20,000 nt of DNA from the IMG/VR virus record IMGVR_UViG_3300035670_000151, positions 52,367 through 72,366 of that record; one strand, written 5' to 3'. Under the pieces are notes generated by a model that ran no database searches, had not been told where the DNA came from, and saw only the letters and a list, made by a program, of their open reading frames with translations. This stretch comes from an uncultured virus (IMG/VR IMGVR_UViG_3300035670_000151) (Duplodnaviria > Heunggongvirae > Uroviricota > Caudoviricetes). Shown piece by piece: positions 1 through 8,400 of the stretch; the first letter of the stretch is position 1; each line of letters opens with the position of its first letter. Made by a program: the position numbers and the translations under genes.

Positions 1-1
1 T

Positions 2-1069
2 GCGGTTAACGATCAGAATCTACAGGCACAAGATGCTCTAGGTTCCCTAGAGGTTGGCTATTCTAACGTATCTAATCAGGTTGATAGATACATTGCTAAG
101 TTGCGCCAGCAATATAGCGAAAACCTAAAGTCTACCAACCAAGGCATCGTCACCAAGACACAGGAAGAAATCAATAAAGCTGCCCATGATCGCCGACTAG
201 AACTAATGGCTCTAGAGGCTAAGAAGGCGCAAGAAAGCACTATTGAAATCAATGATGCTCTTCTAACGGAAGACCAGCAAAGAGAAGCTAACTACCAACG
301 TGAAGTGGCCCGTATACAGGGTCTAATTGACGAAACGCAGAACCTTTATGGTCCGGAGGGTAGGAAGATTGCCGACCAGTATTACAACTACCTAAAAGCT
401 CTAGCGAAAAAGAATAACATCGCTCAAAGCATGTTCGGAAGCTGGGCACAATCCGCCGCTGATCTAAAGGGGCAGTTAGGAAGCACTCTAACTAGCTCAA
501 TGGATAGCTTCATTGACGGTTTAGCTCGCGGTAAGTTAGCGTTCGGTGATTTCGTAAAGTCGCTTCTAATCGATATCACAAAGATCATTATCCGCGCATT
601 GATCGCGAAAGCAATTTTGAGCGCAATTGGCCTAGGTTACAGCGGTTCGAATAACTTCGCCGCCGATGGGCTAGCTCCAATCGCCGCTTTCAACAGCACC
701 CCAACGTTCCATAGGGGAGGGACGGTTGGTTCGGGTTCACCGGGAAGAACGACGGTAGACCCTGCTATCTTCGCTTTCGCCGAAAGATACCACACAGGGG
801 GCATGGTAGGTCTAAAGCCTAACGAAGTCCCAATCATCGCGGAGAAGGGTGAAACCGTCCTAACTCCCGAACAGATGAAAGCAATGGGATCGTCTGGCAG
901 CAAGCAAGCTCCAGAAACAACCGTAAACATCATTAACCAGTCAGGCACTCAGATGGACGCAACGTCATCACAACCGCGCTTCGATGGTGAAAAGATGATT
1001 ATCGATGTGATCCTAAAGAACATGTCTAAGCCGGGTCCATTAAGAGACAGCATGAAAGGAATGAAATAA
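2..1069 (+). CDS. Tail tape measure protein, C-terminal part (5' truncated by window edge)
   Basis: The frame is open from position 2, so the ORF-track start at 101 is internal. It has a helical/amphipathic region, FHRGG and YHTGG motifs and an EVPIIAEKGETVL motif typical of lambdoid TMP C-termini. It lies directly upstream of the tail-tip genes. Confidence 0.88.
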   Translation, partial: AVNDQNLQAQDALGSLEVGYSNVSNQVDRYIAKLRQQYSENLKSTNQGIVTKTQEEINKAAHDRRLELMALEAKKAQESTIEINDALLTEDQQREANYQREVARIQGLIDETQNLYGPEGRKIADQYYNYLKALAKKNNIAQSMFGSWAQSAADLKGQLGSTLTSSMDSFIDGLARGKLAFGDFVKSLLIDITKIIIRALIAKAILSAIGLGYSGSNNFAADGLAPIAAFNSTPTFHRGGTVGSGSPGRTTVDPAIFAFAERYHTGGMVGLKPNEVPIIAEKGETVLTPEQMKAMGSSGSKQAPETTVNIINQSGTQMDATSSQPRFDGEKMIIDVILKNMSKPGPLRDSMKGMK

Positions 1070-1425
1070 TGGCAGACTTTCCAACTTTCGGTGATCGCGA
1101 GGCCACCGATAAATTTGGACTAAGTTTGGAAGACGTAGGTATCCGCTCTGAAATGGAGGGCGGATACGTATTAACCAGACCAAGACATACACGTAGACCG
1201 CGCAGAACATGGACAACGGGTTTCACCGATCTATCAAATGCGGAAAAAGAAACGTTCGAAACATTTTTTAATAACAATGGGACTTACAAGGTGTTTACTT
1301 ATTTAGTAAAAACTAGTAATGAAACTGTGCAAGTTCGCTTCGCAGGAGTTCCGACATTTGACTATAAAGGTTATGGTTCGAACTATAGATGGGACATTAC
1401 AGGAATTAAGTTAGAAGAAGTATAA
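1069..1425 (+). CDS. Distal tail protein, lambda gpM-like
   Basis: 118 aa, TAATG-coupled to the TMP. The SEMEGGY..RPR motif and FETFF..NG.YKVF.Y pattern match gpM-like proteins, and synteny agrees. Confidence 0.75.
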   Translation: MADFPTFGDREATDKFGLSLEDVGIRSEMEGGYVLTRPRHTRRPRRTWTTGFTDLSNAEKETFETFFNNNGTYKVFTYLVKTSNETVQVRFAGVPTFDYKGYGSNYRWDITGIKLEEV

Positions 1426-2039
1426 TGGCAAGACATTTAAGCGTAGGTAGTATCATTGAAAAGAACAAGATCGCATCGGAAGAGCTATTCCTTGTTCTAA
1501 TTAAAGTTGACGTAAAGAACGAAGAAGGCGAAGAGGTTAATACCCTAACTTTCGTAAAGAACAGCGAGAACGTTGTGTTCGACGGTCTTACCTATCAGGC
1601 TTCTAACTTTGATCTAGACATCACTGTAGAGAATAATACTGAGCCAACAATCAAGCTAACCGCTCAAGACCAGACCCGCGTTCTTATGCAGTATGTGGAA
1701 GCTTACGGCGGTCTAGTTGGTTCTAACGTAACCATGACCGTAGTTAATAGCGGCGCTATGGATGCACCAGCAGAAATCCAAGAAACTTTCAAGGTTCTAG
1801 CGGCTACCAACACTGAGTATGTTGTAGAATTCGATCTAGGAACCGACAGCGCAGTAAACAAGCGCTTCCCTAATTACCGTCAGTTTAAAGACCGTTGCGC
1901 ATGGAAATACAAAGGCCCACGCTGTAAGTATGCTGGCCCTCTAGCAAAATGCGACCTAACCCTTCTAGGAACCAACGGCTGCATCGCCCACGGCAACATT
2001 GCTAACTTCGGCGGATATCCGGGTCTAAACGCAGCGTAA
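1425..2039 (+). CDS. Minor tail protein, lambda gpL-like
   Basis: C-terminal four-Cys motif (CAWKYKGPRC..C..C) and NFGGYPG ending, as in the gpL Fe-S domain; synteny agrees. Confidence 0.85.
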   Translation: MARHLSVGSIIEKNKIASEELFLVLIKVDVKNEEGEEVNTLTFVKNSENVVFDGLTYQASNFDLDITVENNTEPTIKLTAQDQTRVLMQYVEAYGGLVGSNVTMTVVNSGAMDAPAEIQETFKVLAATNTEYVVEFDLGTDSAVNKRFPNYRQFKDRCAWKYKGPRCKYAGPLAKCDLTLLGTNGCIAHGNIANFGGYPGLNAA

Positions 2040-2416
2040 TGAGAAACTATACTAACTATATCGGTATCCCATTTAAATATGGGGGAAGAGACAGAAAAGC
2101 ACTAGACTGTTACGGACTTTATATGCTATTATCTAAAGAATTAGATGGCGTCCAAGTTCCTGACGTTACTTCCCCCGACACATTAGAAGTTATTGCCGAC
2201 GTAGTATCGGTCGAGAAACTTAAGTGGAGAGAATGCGGCCTAGAAGAAGGCGCATTAGTTCTCTTCTCTATCAAAGGTTATGGTGCCCACGTAGGTTATG
2301 TAACCGGCCCAGATACAATGATCCACACATGGGAAAAGACTAACGGCGTAACCATCGAACGCCTTTCAAGAGGATGGACACACAGGATTTTAGGTTGTTA
2401 TAAATATGAAGACTGA
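2039..2416 (+). CDS. NlpC/P60 tail-tip peptidase (gpK-like, no JAB domain)
   Basis: YIGIPFKYGGRD..LDCYGL, HVG and MIHT motifs give an intact Cys-His-His triad; 125 aa. Confidence 0.88.
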   Translation: MRNYTNYIGIPFKYGGRDRKALDCYGLYMLLSKELDGVQVPDVTSPDTLEVIADVVSVEKLKWRECGLEEGALVLFSIKGYGAHVGYVTGPDTMIHTWEKTNGVTIERLSRGWTHRILGCYKYED

Positions 2417-5400
2417 GAAGTTTATTAAGGTTGGTATTCTGTATAATGCGTTCGACCCATCAAAGGTTGAACACAGTGAGATTCTATATAGAAAGAATAC
2501 GACACTAGCACGCTATCTACACGACCTACCAAAGGATTGTGAATGGAAGATCGGCCTTAATGGGACTCCGGTAACTCTTGAAGAACATGGTAAGACACGC
2601 CTAAAGCCTACTGATACAATTCAGCTAGTTGTAGTTCCCCGTGGTGGCGGTGCCAAGAACATTCTACGTATGGTGGCCATGGTCGCCCTTGTCGTAGGTG
2701 CTTTCTTCCTATTTGCCCCAGCCGCAATTGGTGGTCTAGCTCTTCTAGGTGGTTCAGCCCTAGCGGTTGGTATCGGTATGTCGGTATTCACCCTAGCTGG
2801 TGGTCTACTAATTAACGCCCTATTAGCTCCTAAAACTCCTAAAATCGACAACGAAGAATCCTCATCATACGGTTATGATGGGGCTAAAAACACGGCTAAA
2901 GAAGGCGTAGCAATCCCGGTAGTATACGGGGAATACCGTGTAGCTGGTAACTATGTTGACCTTTACACCGAGAACGTAGGCGACGACCAGTATCTATATG
3001 GTAGAACTGTTCTATCAGACGGTCTAATCGATGGCGTTTCAGCGCCTTACCTAAACGATCAGCCAATCACAAGCTACGATGCCGTAACTTGGGGATTCAC
3101 TGCTGGTAGCGCAACAGAAACTGTAAACCCTCTATTCAGCCGTTCAATTAGTCAGGTAACAAAGAATGCCGAACTAACATACGCCAACGGCTACATGACA
3201 CACACTACTACGGAAGAGATTGACCGCTTCCAAGTTAATCTAGCTTTCCCTAAGGGTATTGTCCACTTCACTACGAAGAAGGGCAATAAGGATTGGCATG
3301 AGTCGGTTGTAACCGTAGAATACAAGCTAGCAAGCGCTTCAACTTGGACGCAGCTAAACGGCGGCAATACAGACCCTCGTTGGCCTTCATGGGCGTTCAA
3401 CTTCACCGATAAGCGCGCTAAAGTAATCCGTAAAACCATCGAATCACAGACTCTAACTCCGGGTATCTATAATATCCGCGTAAGAAAGATTACGCAGAAC
3501 CTAGACGAAGATCATGATATGGACCAGACGATTGTAACCGATATCGGTGAAATCGTTACTGGTGGAACGACTCTACGTCACGTAGCTAACGCCTACTACA
3601 AGATCAAGATGAACGAACAGCTAAGCAATGTTCCTAACATTACTTGGCTAGTAAAGGGTGTTAAGGTCAATCACTATGACATTAACGGTAACGTAACCCA
3701 AAAGGCATGGACAGACAACCCAGCGTGGATTGTTCTAGACATGCTAATTGGCGAAGAGCGCGGAACACCCGGAATCTATTCTATCGACTTCCCAGCGTTC
3801 GTAGAATGGGCGCAATGGTGCGAAGACAACAGCCTAAAGTTTAACGGTGTATTCGACACCACAACTACCCTATGGGATGCTTGCGTTGACGTTCTAAAGA
3901 TCGGTCACGCTGCATTCTCTCGCGTAGGAACAAAGCTATCACTAGCTATCGATAAGCCACAACAGCCAGTAATGCTATTTGGTCCGGGTAATATCTTCAA
4001 AGATACATTCTCGATCAGCTACATTGCTATGGCAGACAGAGCTAATGAGTTCGAAATTTCTTATTACGATAAGGAAGACCTAAACACTCAGAAGACCATC
4101 CGCGTAGTCGATCCAGAGGCAGACCAGAGAGGCGATGTCCCTCGCGCTGTTTCATACTCAGTTCCGGGTATCGACAACTTCGATCAGGCTCTACAGGAAG
4201 TTTGGTATCAGCTATATAATAACCGCTATCTAAGACGCACTGTAAGCTTTGAAGCCCCGGTTGAATCAATCGGTCTAGGCATTGGTGACGTTGCCCTAAT
4301 TCAACACGATGTTGTTAATTGGGGTGTATCAGGCCGTCTAGGCGCTGGTTCAAACGAACTAGTCATCAAGCTAGATCGTCCAGTAACAATGGAAGATAAC
4401 AAAGACTACTCGATCCTAGTAATCGGTAACGCTGCCTCAAGAGGCACTTATCAGGTTGTAGGCAGCAGCGGTAATGTTGTAACCCTAGCTGGAACTAACG
4501 GTAAAGTCCTAACCCTAGAAAACTGCAAGCGTCTAGTTCAAGGCGAAGTAGATCGTTCAATCGAAGCTATCAACGTAGTTGGTAACAGCGCTTACGTAAC
4601 TGTAGGTGGTGATAACGATTTCGTAACAGGAACTAACGCTACCGTTTGGGACACTGATGTTATTGAAGAAAGAGACGTTGTTTACGTTGAAGGCACAACC
4701 GATACCATTACGGTTGCTACAGCTTTCGGCGCTGCCCCTGCTCAATATTCTAACTTCATGTTCGGCGACAAGGAAATCGTAAAGAAGCCTTACCGTCTAA
4801 AAGCTCTAACGGGAACTGGTTTCGACCAGCGTAAGCTAACGTTCGTAGAATATAACGAAGCCATTTACAATCCGCCAGAAACAATCGTGCCTTATCCAGC
4901 TACAACAGAGCCAAAGACGGTTCTACATGTTCGTAGCTTAGCGTTTGCGCACGACCAGTATGGTTCATACGACAATACGTCCGTAGACGGCGTTCTATCA
5001 TGGCAGACAGGTCACATTAAGAACTATGGCGGTGCCGACATTTACATGTCAATCGGTGACGCCGAATTCACATTCTATCAGACTATCTTCAACACAAACG
5101 AATGCCAGATCAAGGTAAGCACTGACCAAGAAGTAGCGGTTAAGGTAATCTCATTTAACACCGATCTAACAAGAGCAAGCTCAGGTGCGGCTCCTACTCT
5201 ATCTCTAGAGGTTGACAGTAAAGCATCCGTTCTAGACGCCCCTACAGCCCTGTCAGTGGCCCAGATCAGCTATTTGGCTACCGCACTAGTGGAAGTGATT
5301 TGGAACGGCCCTGATGGGCTTACAACCGACGAACAGACACGTATCCGCTATCGTGTTCAAGTGAAACCAGAAGGCAACACCGAATGGGACGAATATGGCG

Positions 5401-8400
5401 TAACAGATCAATATTATCTAAGAGTGGGCGACTTAAGAGTTGGAACGCATGAATTCCGCGTTCGCTCTGAGATTGGTAATTCATTCTCAGATTGGAGAAC
5501 TGTAAACTTTACAACTTTCACTACTACGGAAACTATTCAACCCGGTGCTACTAATGGCTCAAGCCCAAGCGAACAAGCTCTACTTGAACAATTAGAAAGA
5601 GACGCGGAAGCTGCTAAAGATAGCATCGAAGAATTAATTGAGACTTATGGAACGACCGCATCAGCCGCTCAAAGTGCTGCCGAAGCGGAAGGTTTTAAAG
5701 TTGCTGCTGAAAACGCTAAAACAGCTACGGAAGGTTTAAAATCTGATGCTGAAATCGCCGCTGCTGCTGCCGAAGTAAGTAGACAAGCTAGCGAACAAGC
5801 CGAAACAGATGCTAATTTACTTAAGCAAGCTGCCGAAGCTGCAAAAACTGCTTCTGAACAAGCTAGAGATAATGCTAGTGGATCGGCTAACGCAGCTAAT
5901 GGTTCAGCGCAAATCGCTTCTACTAAAGCTGATGAAGCTGGAATTAGTGCAACCGCTGCCCAAGCAAGTGCGGTTGTAGCCTCTACGGCCGCCCGTGCGC
6001 TACTACCATCTACATTTACCAATGCGGATAGCTGGTCCAGTAATTGGGTCGGCGCAACTGGTAAAATCACAGACGACGCTAGGTTCACACTAGTCAATGA
6101 TACTACCTTTGGCAATGTACTTAATGTTAATAACGTTCCTGCGTTTGCACCTCATATTGTGCCTAAGGGCGACATTGAGCTTGTTCCTGATCGTATTTTT
6201 GAAATCTCTGTCCAATGGATGCTTCGCTCTGGTCAGAATGGCGATAACCCTGTCAACGGCATTCTATGGGCTGTAGGTATTAAACCTGATGGTAACGCAA
6301 ACGGCACGTATAATATTCCAATTAATATCACAGTAGGTGGTGTTGGTTGGGGCACAGGCTATGGCTTCAAGTTAGATAAATTCGATGTCCCTTCTAATGC
6401 TTTATTAGCAGACGGTTATACTAAGATTAGACCTCTAATCCGTATTGATAATCAGGGTGTGTTCTCTTTACGCACTCTGTCAATTCGTGATGTCACTGCC
6501 GAACGTGCGGCTAAAGGCTTTGCCGATGCGTCTGCCGAATCCGCTAGTACTGCAAGTATTAAAGCTACCGAGTCTGGAAACTCAGCTTCATCAGCTAATA
6601 CAAGTAGAGTTAATGCTGAAACTGCGGCAGGTAACGCGAACGCTTACCAGCAGCAAGCAAGCCAGTCCGCACAGGATGCTTCCGGTAGCGCTCAAACGGC
6701 GGGCAATCAGGCTGGTGCCGCTGCAACATCGGCTTATAATGCTGGGCAATCTGCGAATGCCGCATCTAACAGCGCTCAAACCGCTTCTACTAAAGCTGAT
6801 GAAGCTGGGAATTCAGCCAACGCAGCTAATAGCAGCAAAGTAGCAGCGGAGAGCGCCTTTGCTTCCGCCAAGGGCATTCTTGTAAATTCAGGACCAACCT
6901 CTTTTAGAGACTTGTATTCTTGGACACAAGATTTTAGCGGCGGCGCAGGTGATCTTTCTGGTGACGCACGTTTTAGTGTTAGAACTACTAATGGCGTAAC
7001 AGGTCTTGGTGTCGATAACCGTCCACACTTTAGCCCACATATTGCAAGCAAATCCTTATTCACTCTATCACCCGGTCGCAGGCTTCGTGTCAACCTTAAG
7101 TGGTTGATTGTAGATGCGAGTTCTGGGAATCCGCAAGTCTCCTTGTATCTTATCGGTCGTCGCTCTAATGGCACTGATTGGGGTATTAGTACAGCCTTTA
7201 CTATTCAATCTGGGCAAAATGGCTGGGGTGAAGGAAGTGTCTATGCGCATCATAGTTTTGAATGCTCCGCAGATGATTTCATCGCACAAGGTGTTTACGC
7301 TGCACGTACATTAGCTCGAATTGATGTTGGTGGTTACTACAAACTTGACTCTATGTTTGTAGAGGATATTACTGACGTATACAATAGCTGGAACAATGCT
7401 AATGCATCGGCAAGTAGCGCTCAAACTGCGAGTACAAAAGCCGATGAAGCAAGCCAGTCTGCTAATGCTGCAAGTCAAAGTAAAACCGATGCGCAAACTG
7501 CAATGGGCCAAGCTCAGACTTTTGCCGGTAACGCAAGCACTTCTGCAAATAATGCAGCGGGTCATGAAGGTAATGCCTACACTTATTCACAGAATGCTAG
7601 CCAATCCGCAAATAATGCTAACAATTCTGCTAACGCTGCTGCTGGTAGCGCACAAACAGCTTCTACAAAAGCAAATGAAGCGAGTGTTTCTGCTAACGCT
7701 GCTGAAACTTCTAAAGTTTCAGCTTCTAATATCGTTCGTGCTAATTACCCTTCTGTTTTTAATGATCTGAATGATTGGTCATGGGATTGGGGTACAGCGT
7801 CCGGTTCCCTTAGCAGTGATTCACGTTTTATTCTAGACGAGTCTAGTGATGGTCTTGGTAGAAAATTGGGGGTTAGCAATGTTCCTCATTTCACACCCCA
7901 CATTGTTTCTAAAGGGTATTACCCAATTGTTCGTGATCGCAGATATAAGATCACGTCTAAGCTGCGTCTTCGTGGTGGACAAACTGGCTCATCTGTCAGC
8001 TTTGCACTTTTCTTTATCGGTATAAAAGACGGTAGTTTTCAGTCAGGCGATTATTGGAATAATGCTTCACAGAGCTTCACTGTTGGGGAAGGCCAAGAAG
8101 GCTGGGGCAATGGTCTTAATACTTCTTACATTGAAGTTAATTCAAACACACTATGGGATAATGGTGTTCGTTGGATTCGTCCTCTTCTACGCATTGATAG
8201 TCAGGGTTACTATTGGGTTACTTCACTACAACTTGAAGATATCACTAGCGCTAATACAGCTAAGAATTATGCTGATGCAGCGGCCCAAAGTGCAAGCACT
8301 GCAAGTATAAAAGCCGACGAAGCTGGAAATTCGGCTTCTGCTGCTAACACAAGTCGTACTAACGCCGAAACAGCCGCCAATAATGCTAATACTTATCGCG

